Shown here: piece after piece, positions 11,479 through 23,346 of the stretch
Layout: each line of letters starts with the position of its first letter
Position numbering within the stretch: position 1 is the stretch's first letter
From: Paecilomyces variotii
Lineage: Eukaryota
Direction: 5' to 3' (one strand)
DNA length: 64,000 bases
Assembly: GCA_004022145.1 (NCBI GenBank)
Contig: RCNU01000009.1
The notes under the pieces: generated by a model
What the model saw: the letters and a program-made list of their open reading frames with translations, nothing else
Database searches by the model: none
Told to the model about the DNA's origin: nothing
Position numbers and translations under genes: made by a program

Positions 11479-13065
11479 ATGGCAGAGACGATTGCCGCTC
11501 CAACCTTCATAAAGCATGAACCAGACGACCACAACAATTTCATGATGTCCCAGTCCTACACCATGTCTAACCCGCAATTCGGAAATCACTTCGGAAACTC
11601 CAATGGCGATGGAGTCGACCCCTCCGAGCTTACCATGCAGAACTCCAACTTTATGCCCTACTCCTTCGGCTCTCAGCAGAACCTGAACTCCGGCTTCAAC
11701 TTGGGAAACTCCGGAATTGATACGGATGAGTTGCTTGATCTGGAGATCAACGGCCAGAATGGAATGCAAAACAATGGAATGAACTTCCTCCATGACCAGC
11801 ACCAGCAGCCTGGCCTGTCGATGAGCCACCCCGGCCAGATGTCTCAGATGTACTCGAACACCCCAGATGGCGCTCCGATCCAGAGCCCGTTCATCCATGG
11901 AAATTTCAACTATGATCAATTCCGGTCGATGAATCAGTCTCAGAGTATGCATAATGTTGGTGCCTTCGAACAGAACTACATGAATAGCAAGACGCGTCCA
12001 AATTTGCAAGCCGTCGACCGCGCTTCTTCTGATGCTCGGAGTCCCATGACCCCGAAGACGCCTGCTCTGGGGGCTCTGAATCTTGGGACTCCTGAGTCTG
12101 GCAGCTTCCCGTCCCAGCCGATCCGTACCGGTTTGCAGCACCGTCACCAGAAGACCCTATCGAATCAGTGGGATGGCACTCCAGGCAGCGCTCACTCTTT
12201 CGTCGAATCACCCATATCTTCCCCGGGCCACCCTTCCCACCACGCGGGAATCTCCGAGATCCTCAAGTCCGGCAAGCATGCTTCACTGCCGGCCAAGGTT
12301 GACAACATGACTACCGCCCAGGCGCTTGAGTCGCAGGAAGCCAAACGCAGGCGTCGGAGGGCCTCTCACAACATGGTGGAGCGGAGGCGGCGCGATAATA
12401 TCAACGAGCGTATCCAGGATTTGTCGCATCTGGTGCCCCAGCACCGTTTGGAGGACGATAAGGTACGCAAACAGCTTGTCAACAATTCTGCTTTGTCGCC
12501 CAGTATGGGTGCTACCGCTATGAGTCCACCTACCGCGACATCCCTACTAGCTGGTGGCAGCGGCCGCCGGGCCACGGCCGGTAACATCACAATGGGTTTA
12601 CCTATTGAGGAGAAGGAGAAAGGTCCCAACAAGGGGGATATCCTGAACGGTGCCGTCGGATGGACCAGAGATTTGATGTGGGCTCTGCATGTTAAACTGC
12701 AGCAGGAGTCCGAGCTGGCTGAATATATCACCAGCCTGGGTGGTACCTGGCCATTCGAGCAGACGGAGGAAGAGAAGCGAATGCGTACTGAACTCCTCGA
12801 TGCGATGGAGAAGAATGACCCGAGTACGTTCCACTACAGTCGCGCTCCGGGCAGCGGTCTTAGAGTTCCCAAGCATACCAACTTGGCCGGTGAAGCTACG
12901 CAAAACAATGGTACCATCAGTCCTCAGAGTCTGAGCCCCGCGTTCAATAGTGGTGGAAGCGGTAGCAACAGTGGCGGACAGGGCCAGCCTCAGTTCTGGA
13001 GCAGTTCCGGCCACGCCGGCATGAGCTTCAAAGAAGAAGATGAATACTCAATGGAGATGAACTGA
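11479..13065 (+). CDS. bHLH transcription factor (Rtg3/MiT-like)
   Basis: Basic region and helix 1 RRRRRASHNMVERRRRDNINERIQDLSHLVP, long loop, helix 2 PNKGDILNGAVGW. H-E-R residues indicate an E-box binder. Confidence 0.88.
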   Translation: MAETIAAPTFIKHEPDDHNNFMMSQSYTMSNPQFGNHFGNSNGDGVDPSELTMQNSNFMPYSFGSQQNLNSGFNLGNSGIDTDELLDLEINGQNGMQNNGMNFLHDQHQQPGLSMSHPGQMSQMYSNTPDGAPIQSPFIHGNFNYDQFRSMNQSQSMHNVGAFEQNYMNSKTRPNLQAVDRASSDARSPMTPKTPALGALNLGTPESGSFPSQPIRTGLQHRHQKTLSNQWDGTPGSAHSFVESPISSPGHPSHHAGISEILKSGKHASLPAKVDNMTTAQALESQEAKRRRRRASHNMVERRRRDNINERIQDLSHLVPQHRLEDDKVRKQLVNNSALSPSMGATAMSPPTATSLLAGGSGRRATAGNITMGLPIEEKEKGPNKGDILNGAVGWTRDLMWALHVKLQQESELAEYITSLGGTWPFEQTEEEKRMRTELLDAMEKNDPSTFHYSRAPGSGLRVPKHTNLAGEATQNNGTISPQSLSPAFNSGGSGSNSGGQGQPQFWSSSGHAGMSFKEEDEYSMEMN

Positions 13066-15057
13066 ACACGGCCGCTTGTCCTTGCTACGATCCGTACTGA
13101 ACCATGTCACGGCATGTTGCATACACGGCGTCAAACTAATGGTGAATCTATTTGAAGGCGTATTACGGGCTTGATATCTCTTTTCCGGACTCCGTTTCCA
13201 GTTTATTAACATTTTCTAGGTGTACTTTGTGCGTCATTCTGTGAGTTTCATTCTATTTCGACTTGAGTTCTGTGGATGCGGTTTTCATATAGTTCTATTT
13301 TTTTCCCCTCTAGGTATTTTGTGCCGGGGTCCGGATTTATTTTCCATCGTTGCCTCTGGGACGAAAGCATACACGTGAGGTGATTAGGGCACATGGAGTA
13401 GTCATTGGCAGTTGCTTCTTCCTTTTTTTCCCCTTCTGATATTTCTTGATTCTCTTCCTCGCTACAGTCATGTCTCCGAGCCACTCCCCTCTCCTGGCTT
13501 GCAGTCTGGCACACGGTCGTGCTTAGATGCTTACGTGGGCTTATTAAGCTGTAGCTTATGCTAGGCGGCCTGGCGGATTCATTTCTAATTTTTCTTGAAA
13601 TCGATACCCCTTTTCATACCGTTCTTACAATGGATGCGTCAGAATATACTTGGCAGTGTGCTTTTTTCTAGCTATTTTCTCCATTTCAGTACTGCATATG
13701 GTATACGACGTCAATTATCATTACTACAGGATGGGAGTCTAATTCTTTTTTCGAACACGGTCGGGGCAACAATGATATGATACGCGCGCTCTAGTTAATC
13801 TACTACATTCTACGGATCTATTCTATTCTGGGCCCGTCTGTATCTCGTCAGCACATCCCCCCTCTCCTAGAGTTCCGAACCGGTGTAGACTATTATTTTC
13901 CCTAACTCGTACACAACATGATTTTCTTATGTCATCATGTAACTATCTGTGTACTGTACTACTCTGACATTGGACATTTAGTACACGAGGTGTAAGCAAG
14001 CCATCCCTCTAGTTACGACATAGTTAGAACTCCCTACCAATCATTCGTCGGTAGTGCCGATTGATCAGATTCACACGCTAGAAATATTTACTTTACTCGC
14101 AGACATTTAACGGATATCCAACAAGGGAGAGGGAAAGCTTTGGCTGGCATCAACTACTATTATACTACATGTGCTGTTTATACTCCGTCTCTGTCTGTCG
14201 ACTGACGATATAACATACTTTCTCCTTTTCCACAGCGCTCGCCGGTTAGCCAATAGTAAGGTATTTGTGGAAACCACGGTACGAATCATTTGCTGCCTGC
14301 CGGTGTAATTGCATACCTGTTGTTTCGAGTGCCTAGTTTGGAGCTACAGATAGATCGGCTTGCAGCATGGCAAAAAGAAAAAAAGCATCAATAACAGTCC
14401 CCCCCCCCCTTTCCGCATTCACATTCATTATTTTATCTCCGGAATGAGTGAATACCTGTAGGGCTGATGGGATGTTAATTCCTCCTATTAGGTGAAGTGG
14501 GTTACATTGGAATTCCCCTCCGGAGACCACCTCAAATATATGTGAATACAGCAAAGGATACAATAGGTACAAGAAGTCCTCCAGGCCTAGAAAATCTTTT
14601 CCTTCTCTTTTTTATTTTATTAGATAGCATCGCGTGCTCTTGAAAAGGGTTCTGGTTCGTCCTGTTTACTATAGTAATGTGAGCTTTATATCTTTGTCGA
14701 GAAAAGCTCTTCTGGATGAACCTTTTTTTTATATTTATTTTAGACTTTGAGACGTTCTATAGGTATTTGAGCTCAAAATCTCTCGCTGCTCCTGGTGAGC
14801 GTTCGGAATTACCATTTTTTTTTTAAATCTGCATGAAGATATAATGAGTAAATGAATAAAATAAATAAAAATTATTATTAATTCTATGTCTATCTGTTCG
14901 CATCTTTGATGAATTACTTTATTCATTTCTTGATATGCATAATGCATCGAGTCGCGTGATATTAGTTATTCTACAGGTCCTACTGAAACATCCAGTCCTA
15001 AATTCATGTTTTATGATCACATATGAGAGATTTCTTTTCTTCTTCGTTTCGTCCACG

Positions 15058-15190
15058 TCTCGTCCACGCCTTGTCCTATCGCTCGCTCTGATCGGGTCTT
15101 CGCCTTGTCCACATCTTGTCCGATCACTCATCCTGATCGGGTTCGTCTTGTCCACGTCTTGTCCTATCGCTCGCTCTGATCGGGTCTTCG
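15058..15190. repeat. Three tandem units of about 45 nt (TCTTGTCCACGTCTTGTCCTATCGCTCGCTCTGATCGGGTCTTCG)
   Basis: Units at 15058-15102, 15103-15145 (degenerate, 43 nt) and 15146-15190. A 33-nt stretch is identical between units 1 and 3. Confidence 0.9.
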
Positions 15191-16080
15191 TCGTCATGCC
15201 TCCTGTCCGGGACCGTAACCCCTACATGGCTGTCATTTCGCCCGGTAAGGTTATCCTGCTCTCCTGATGACCTCGTACTGATCCTCCCGTAGCGGGAAAC
15301 CGACAGGATACTGTCACTCCACGCTCGAACAGATCGTCTCGTACTCCGCGCTCACACCGTACCCCCCGATACCACGCCGTCGGGGTCGCCTCGAAATAAT
15401 GCCAGTCCTCATCACAGAAGCAAAATCTGCGCTCTCTCTGAAGCGGCCGTTCGGGGCTTGCTGGAGCTTCTTCTGCCTGCGCGCTAATTATTATTCCCAG
15501 TATTGGTATCGCCCTTCTAAGGGCAGCAATTGGAGCGCCGTGCCATTCTTTTGGTTGTCATCCACCTCTAGCCCAGGATTGAGATATTTCTTGATGGAAG
15601 GTCAGAACATACAAAACACCGATAACATCCTCTTGGATGATTCCAGATCTCACTTGATGCTCTTTATACATGGCAGGTGTTGGAACTTCTCGACTGGCAA
15701 TTATTCCGTGTTTCAAGGCATCTTTTTCGGCGCTCCCGATCCTTCAGTGTTCGAAGTCAATAAAGGAACTGTGAATCCATTGGCATGAAGATTAAGCCAG
15801 GGTCATCGGATTGGTCAAAGTTCGGCACGGCAGGTGGGATATAATGGAATGGCATTGTTCACTGATGTTAGGGGAAATGGGATCAGGTCCGATTCTTTTT
15901 CCACAATGGCACCTAGCATGCGTCAAAACAGTCAACAAGAAGTTGGTGTGGCATCATATCTACCTGTGGGTCTTGCTTTCCAAAGACATGTCATATTTAG
16001 ACAGGAGAACTCCATTCCCACATAGCTTCTTGGCCTCTGGTTTGGTTGCTTCTGAAGATATTCCTAAAGTTCCACTGTCC

Positions 16081-16293
16081 GACGTCTACATTCCGGGACC
16101 AAGAAACAAAGTCGCAGATGGACTCTCACGAGTTCTGCTCCATGATAGAGAGTGCAGGCCTGACGGAATAGTTGCCGCCGTTCATGAAGCTATGTCAAGA
16201 AAAAACCAACAATGGATCTGGAAAGACGGGAAGGGGAAAGTCGAAGAATTCCTGAAGGGTCTGACCGAGGAAGAACGGTCAGAAGTCAAATAG
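16081..16293 (+). pseudogene. Ty3/gypsy retrotransposon pol fragment (RNase H C-terminus and linker)
   Basis: VYIPGPRNKVADGLSR matches the YxPGxxNxxADxLSR RNase H end motif of gypsy elements. I could not recognise RT or integrase nearby. Confidence 0.8.
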
Positions 16294-17795
16294 GAAACAC
16301 GTTCAAATGAAGATCTGGACGTGTTTCTGAAAGCGTAACAGTGTAACAGCTTGAAAAAAACTTTGAGAAATCGGTTGTTTTTTGTTCGTTTTTAGAGCCT
16401 CCTGCTCCAGGGGTAAGTTGTCTTGATCAGCCATGTTGACATCAGCTCATTCGATTAGACCATGGGTCCTAGAGTTCGTTTCGTGTTGCATCGGCGCAAC
16501 GAGACTCCTCAGGTAATTGTTCTGATTCGGGATTCATATAACATATGCTGATTTCGGTGGTATCGACAGCCTGAGGATGCCACTTCCCCGTCCGGGGAAT
16601 TATCTCCTCCTCCCGCCTCTCCTGCGGAGGATACGGCTGCTGCCGCTGTGACGCAGCCTGATCCGGTTGCCGCTGTGATACCGGATCACGTTCCCCTGAC
16701 TGGACGACTCCTTGCACGGCGTGCAAGTCTTCAGTGTTCATTGGGAGCAGACCGCTGACAACGCTGCAGTTGATAGTTAACTGGAACCGTGACTACACAG
16801 AATCAGAAGGCAAGACCCTTCCGGGTGACAAAGGTTACTCACTATTCGGCGATTTCCTTTGGAAGGACCTGCTCGCAACAATGACAGAGATGAAAGCCAC
16901 TTTAAGCGCAAAAGACTTTGACCAAGTCTTGGAGGCGTATATATCGGAACTCCCGGATCGTGCTGCGACCATTCGATGCCGACATGAGCGAGTTTGGGGA
17001 ATATTTTTTATTGTTCGATGCAACTGGAGATTGAGGAAGCGGCATCAACAGCTTGTCTCTGTCAGATGAACTTTCACGTGTTTTAATTCGGCAGGCAGCA
17101 GCTTGCTGAACGAAGTGGTTGGACAACTTGGATACTGATAGAAGTTTACCATAGTGGGACAGAAAATGGCGTCTTTTTCCATTCAATAGGTACCTAGGAT
17201 ATTTGTATTTCCAGTTACAGTTGCATAGTTCATAGTGATAGCCGGGTCTGGAATTATAAGCTGTATCTTAATGCTTTTTATAGCAAGTGTTAGTATTCTA
17301 TTTAGAGTAAAATGGTTTTTTTCTAGCTAGGCTCTTATTTTAACTGTCGTAACTTTCATCGTACCTAGCTATCTAGATGTCTCCTTAACTAGGTACCCCA
17401 GATAGATTATTCCCGCCGCTATAGCTCGACCCCCGGAAAGTTTGTCATCAAGCTGTCAGTGCGGGCTGGTCTAGTCGCATTTCTCAGCGTAGTATTCGAC
17501 AGATCAGTCACAAACTACACCATAAAACGCTAGATCAGATGCCGCTTTGTATATCCCTCGGATCTCGGCCCACTTCAGAACGGTTGATAAGATCGCCTAC
17601 GTGCTCCTAATCTGGTTTGTACTTTATGTCCCACCCTGGTCGTTTACATACTCGATGATTAAATGTTGTCAATTCGATAAGTGGAACTAGCCGGGTCTGA
17701 AGAGGGTCTTACTTATAATCGTTTCGTTTCGTGCGTCAATCTCACAACATCGTGGATATTAATATCTTAATCGTAGGGAGGAGGCAACAGCCAAT

Positions 17796-19148
17796 ATGAG
17801 GAAGAAGAGCAATCCAGAGGAATATAAGAAGGTATATATATTTTTTTCTTGGCTGCGTCAGTCATATTTGTCTTTTCTTTCTAATCATTATCATCAGTAC
17901 CGGAGAGAAAAAGGCCGCATGGCCCAACGGGCCTTCCGCCAAAGACAGATCGATACAATCAACAAGCTCGAGGAAGAGGTTTCTCTTCTACGAGACTCGA
18001 TTCGAAAGATCTGTCAAGCTGCCACAAATGAGCTTTCGTCTGTGAATCAGAAGTCACTTTTTCTATCTTCCCTGCCGCTGCAAGATTCTCAGCAGACGGC
18101 GGAGTCAGAGCTCCTAAAAGCAATTCGCTATGCAGGACAAATAGCCGGTGTTGATGAATCAGTCTCTATGGAAAGTGGTCATGAGTCCTGTTCAAATCAG
18201 AATCTCTCCTCTGAACAAGTTTCAGACTCCGTTGATAACCAAGTTCCCGCAAGTGATATACCAATCGGGACCGAAGGCTGGTTACTCACTGATACATCGT
18301 CATCGTCAGCAAACATACCACCTCAACCAGAGGATCTTGATTACCTCGCAGACCCTATACGCAACGACATAGCTACAACCATACCTCCTCAAGAGTTGCA
18401 CTACCCCTCAAGCCTAGACACCGGATTGACAACCTACAATTTCGACCCTTTACTTCCCTCATCCAACTCTCTCCCCATACCCAAATATCTAAAGCCGAAA
18501 ACCCTCCCCTTCCACATGCTCCCCTACATGGACCGCGACGCAGACACATTCGCCGGCCGCGTATTCTGGAAATCCCTCTCTCTCGCATTCCAATACGGCA
18601 CCGCCTCCTTAGTCCCCCCTCCTCTACAGTCAAATCAACACACAGTAAGACGCACACCGAACGCAGAAGACGAAAAGACCGCACACGCCAGCAAGATGCT
18701 CAGTCACAGCTCCGCAGTTATCGGGAAAGAAGCCGCGCTGCGTCGCATCGGCGCTCGGCTCGAGTTCCTCAGAACCGGCACTCTCGACACAGACAGTCCC
18801 CTCTGGGACGCGAATAGCTCGATCCAGCTCCGCGTCCTTATCGAAGAGGATGCCCAGCGCAGAGGGGAGAAAATGAGCGATTGGCTTCGGATTCCGGATA
18901 TAGTTGACTATATCAGTAGTCGGTGCGGGATGTCGAGTTTTGCGCAGCTAGATGCGTTGGGAACGGCCTCGGTGGATGGAGTCGGGATCGATGGAATTGG
19001 ACGAGCAGCGGGACAAGGGGGAGGATTGGTGACGAGGTTAATTGAGGATATTGCGTGGAATGCGTCGTGTTTTGGAGATGGGCCGAGGTATAGAGCTCGG
19101 GAGGTTAAGGAGGTGATTGATTCTTGGGTGAATACGTTAACTTGGTGA
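17796..19148 (+). CDS. bZIP-domain protein; probable 66-nt intron at 17832-17897
   Basis: After splicing: EEYKKYRREKGRMAQRAFRQRQIDTINKLEEEVSLLRDSI (basic region and zipper). C-terminal CFGDGPRY motif. Intron reads GTATAT...CTAAT...CAG. Confidence 0.8.
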   Translation: MRKKSNPEEYKKVYIFFSWLRQSYLSFLSNHYHQYRREKGRMAQRAFRQRQIDTINKLEEEVSLLRDSIRKICQAATNELSSVNQKSLFLSSLPLQDSQQTAESELLKAIRYAGQIAGVDESVSMESGHESCSNQNLSSEQVSDSVDNQVPASDIPIGTEGWLLTDTSSSSANIPPQPEDLDYLADPIRNDIATTIPPQELHYPSSLDTGLTTYNFDPLLPSSNSLPIPKYLKPKTLPFHMLPYMDRDADTFAGRVFWKSLSLAFQYGTASLVPPPLQSNQHTVRRTPNAEDEKTAHASKMLSHSSAVIGKEAALRRIGARLEFLRTGTLDTDSPLWDANSSIQLRVLIEEDAQRRGEKMSDWLRIPDIVDYISSRCGMSSFAQLDALGTASVDGVGIDGIGRAAGQGGGLVTRLIEDIAWNASCFGDGPRYRAREVKEVIDSWVNTLTW

Positions 19149-19676
19149 GGTACTGTCAGCAATAATCAGACAGGCTGGTGGTATGTTTGTGTATGAATTT
19201 CATATTCACATCTAAATGGACGGTATCTACCAGTGGCCCTTCACTCTGCTACTAACCACTCAACCAAGCGAAAGGACATTTGAGGGTTTATATAGAATGA
19301 TTGGGAGTAAGCATATGCAAAACGATACGGTGACTTTACCCTTCTAATTTGATTTCTTCCGCAATGGCCACATTTAAGATTACTGATTAACCTAGCCATT
19401 GAATTATTCTCCCCCCCCCCTCTTTTCGTACATCTATGTCTTCGTATATAGCCCATGATTATTATTATTATAAGTTATTGCGAATTCGCGGAGTATTCTG
19501 ATTTTTCTATACTGTACACCAACCTCTTACTATCAGGAAGCTTCCATCTATTATAAGCCCTATCAGCATCGAATAATACATACAATACAATAAAGCACAT
19601 TCTTATACGCACTACCCATCCATCCATCCTAGAAAAGCACATCTTTCAAACTCTCCCACCCAAAAAAAATACCCAT

Positions 19677-20227
19677 CTACGACCTCCTCACATCCTCCAC
19701 CCCCATAGGCTTCCTCCCCGCCCCTTCCACATTCCTCTTCTTCTCCTCCTCCGACAAGTTCGGATCATTCTTAACCGCCGCCTCCGTCGTCGACGGCTCT
19801 TCCTCCGCACGTGTCTCGCTCGCTTGGTCTTGATTCCTCCCGCTGACTGGAGACTGCACGGAGCGCGTATCTGCCGTGTCTGACGACCGGCCCTTTTCGC
19901 CGCGAGAAATGTTGATGCGTTGCGCTTCGGGAGAGCTGGATTGTGGGTTGCGGACGTTGGAGGATGTGCCGGGGGTGATGGCTTCGGGGTCGAAGTTGGT
20001 GGTGTGGGATTTGTTGCGTGTTGCTAGCAGGGTTTGAATGTCATTACATTAGCACAGTTCTCTTGTTTTGTATGATGGTAGTGCGAGGATTAGGGAGGGA
20101 TCCATGTATGGATCAGGATAGTATTATTTTTATAGGTACCTTGTATGCACGTACCCTGTGCTCGTTGAGCGAGCAGGACTCTCGAGAAGCCAGTTCGTGA
20201 TGGTTGGAGAATCGTCCGGGGGAACAT
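19677..20227 (-). CDS. Small hypothetical hydrophilic protein (about 140 aa), 2 exons (20227-20155, 20023-19677)
   Basis: MFPRTILQPSRTGFSRVLLAQRAQ splices in frame (GTACGT...CTAAT...TAG) to ATRNKSHTTNFDPEAITPG...KPMGVEDVRRS. Confidence 0.65.
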
Positions 20228-21313
20228 CGTGAGCAGATAAGATTTATTATATTATACACTTGCGTTTTTAACTATTGCGGACGATATATGTATAAGTAGT
20301 GACAAGGTATAAAAATCGAATAGAACCCAAGTTACCGTTCTCGAATTGATAAAGGGGAACAAATTCCTAAAATAATCTACCGACGAGATAAATAACGTAG
20401 ATATTTATCTTGGGTTCGTTATGATCTCATTTCAATGTCAAATGTGATTTTAAAGGTACGGGCGAGATTAAAGGAATAGAACAGCACGCATACCTCATAG
20501 TGATGACATCAGGCAGGTCAAAATTTGATGAATGGAATGTATGTATGTACATAGATTTGTGGTTTTATAATGATAATAATAATAATGGACTGGATTATTC
20601 GGTAATATGATTGAAGGGGTTTTTCTTTTGTTGTTAATTCTTATCTTATAGATTGGTTTAGGGCACGTGGAAAGATTGTCTCTGTCAAGTCAGTGCAAGA
20701 TATATCAACTACCTTTGGTAGAATGGAGAGACCGATGATTGCACGTGGCGAAATACATGTACAGAGATAACCATGTCTAGTTTTTGTTAGCTAGGCAGCG
20801 AGTAATTGTGATGTTGGACGGATGTTATGTACAGATGCCCTTGTCGTCGTGACGGTCAGCCTACCGCCTATTTAGGACGACAATGATATGTAAGAGCGCG
20901 ACCTAACTATCCTCGATCCATGCTGGATCTTGGCACGATTCAATTCATCTATAAAGCTTGGAGACCAGACCAGTAATGTGATAATAATCCATTTGGTGTA
21001 ATTTTTGGGTCCTTCTCAATTGATTCCATACCACCTTAATTGCCTTCTCGCAGTGCAGACCCAGCATACATTCAATGCTTAATCCATTCATACCCTGTCA
21101 AGACAACCAAAAACAATGCTACATAATAGAAATACAAAGGATCATTTTGGCTGCTGTGTCTAAAAAAAGGTTCCTCTGCCGCCCCTATACTTCTGAATAT
21201 CGTGAACTGGGGGGTATCAATTGAGCTCGTGTCTATACCCACTTCTAGACCTCTTCAAAAGCAAGATGTCTATCACTGTTTCATCCATGCCTGTGTTAGT
21301 AGTTTCCAGCAAC

Positions 21314-22567
21314 TTATTCGTTTCGAATCTTTCTGAAGAAGTCCATGACACCGGTGAAGACCACCAGGAGGATACCACCACCAGGACCCAGTCGGAGAAC
21401 CTTGGGGATGAATCCCTTGTAAAGGGCACCGAATCCCTCCTCCTTCATGACGGTTGCAACGGCAGGCCAGGCCCAGTTGTACTTGGGAACGACGCCAGCG
21501 ACCTTGGGAGAGTTCTGGATACGCGACTTGACAACGTCCATGGGGGTGTTGACAACGGTACCGGCGATACCACCGATGGTACCGGCAAGCAGGTCATTAC
21601 GAGTCTGCTGTGACTTGTTGCCGGGCTCGGCCGGAGGAAGCTGAGCGCGGACCTGGAAGATACAACCGAAGTAACCTCCGTTCCACAGGATGTGGCGCCA
21701 CAGAGTGGACTCCAGACCATTGTACAGCGCCAGAGGACCCTCAGCCTGGACGATCTTCTTCACCACGTCCAGCATGCCGTTGTACTTGCCAGCAGAAGCC
21801 CTGTCCTGCAGACGAATCTTGACCAGCTCGAAAGGAACGACGACAAAGGCCTCCGTAGCACCGGCAGTGGCACCGGTCAGAACGGAGAGCGCCTGGTTCT
21901 GCTTCTGGACGCCGAACAAGTTACGGTAGAAAGAACCCCAGCTGTCGTTGGCAGCGAACTTGGTCGCACGCTTGGGTGCCTCCATCAGGATAGGGGCGCT
22001 GATACCACGGTACAGACGGGAGAAACTTCACTTGGCGTTCAGTATGGGGCCGATGTCAAGCTGCGATTGTAAACGGGAATCACGCACCCTTCGTTCTTGA
22101 TGATCTTCCGGAAGCAGTCGAACATGCCATTGTAGCTATCCTCACCAGCGACGGCGACGCCCTTCTGCAGCTGACTATCCTCGTAGCTCCATTAGCTTGC
22201 CATGTCCACCCGCGGAGGATCCGCACAATGGGTCGAATCCCAACGCAACCAGAGAGAGAGAAAGCCTTACACTCTCGTCTTGACAACATCCAATGGGTAC
22301 CTGGATACCACTCAATTGTTAATCATCCCTAATACTCTTGGAACTCACGCGCCCTCGTTGAGGCTCTATCTGGAGCAGGGCACGTACATCACCAAGATCT
22401 GTCATCACATCATCAGTCAATCAATCAATCAGCTCAGTCGCACCATTACCGGGCGTAGCAGCGACGCAATGGCACTGCAACTCACTCACCTCAGACACAC
22501 CAGCCACCGCACCAGCGGCGAACTGGTATTGGAAGGGCAATGGCTTCTGGTCCTTGGCCGCAGACAT
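21314..22567 (-). CDS. odc1: Mitochondrial 2-oxodicarboxylate carrier, 5 exons (22567-22490, 22398-22388, 22300-22271, 22174-22088, 22025-21314)
   Basis: MSAAKDQKPLPFQYQFAAGAVAGVSEILVMYPLDVVKTR, three PxD/ExxK carrier signatures, and the ODC-typical motifs MEAPKRATKF and RLGPGGGILL. Confidence 0.92.
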
Positions 22568-23346
22568 CTTGATTGTATTATTGAGTCACGGTATCTACCT
22601 CGGTACGGAACGACGGATATTCAAACGAAGACCAAAGCTCGTCCCAGTCAACCTGAAAACAAGAGACACGCACGAGAACCCAGCAAGAGCGGAGAGTGAG
22701 AGTTGGAGCTGGAGCTGGAGCTAGAGCACGCGAGACAGACAGGGAGAGAGAGATAGAGAGAGAGAGAGAGGAGGGAGAGTGGGTTGAACGATGAACCGAA
22801 GTGCGGAGGTCTCAGACGAACCGGAACGAAAGGCGGTATGGTAATTTTGCCCTTTCTGCGCGGTAAACTTACCGTCCGCGGGTTTGTCACATACGCTTAC
22901 TCCAAGCCCCCACGGGGTGAAACGGGTGTATTTTTCAACCTGTCGTTGTTTATTATTACAGTCTCTGCCATTGGAGGATAAGTCTAGGTGGGAATTATCC
23001 TTAATTTTCTTTCTTTTTTTGTTTCAGAGTCTGATAATAGGATATACGAACCTGCTGTCTTAGGTTTTCTCAGAACGTTACTGACCTTACTCCATTGTGG
23101 ATATTCTAACAGGATAAACGCAAGTCCGGCTGCGGGGAAAAAGCCATCGTCTTAACTCCGGTGTATACATTCGGATCTCCGCCAAGCATCCTGTGTGGGA
23201 CTTGAGTTGAGTTCTAATGTGCTATCTGCTCGAAAGGAGGTAGATGACATTGTCCATTCCTGAATTCGTTTTCTAATCTATATGCTCATGACCCATGCAG
23301 ATGCTATATTCATAATGGAAATAAATAAACAAAAAGAGAATCGCTC

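Larger units (their letters stand above)
14100..17300. mobile_element. Decayed transposon / pseudogene mosaic; boundaries uncertain
   Basis: Contains a gypsy pol fragment, a 45-nt tandem repeat, AT-rich patches (about 14590-15040) and only broken reading frames. Confidence 0.5.

Noticed and set aside
11287..12147. 286-aa antisense ORF, and similar shadow ORFs over other genes
   Set aside because: It lies antisense to a well-supported CDS, has no recognisable motifs, and is explained by codon bias.
15058..15190. CRISPR-like array
   Set aside because: The units are directly tandem with no unique spacers, there are no cas genes, and the context is eukaryotic.
16342..17219. TGTAAC...GTTACA as solo-LTR termini
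   Set aside because: Only a 6-bp match. I found no target-site duplication, second LTR copy, PBS or PPT.
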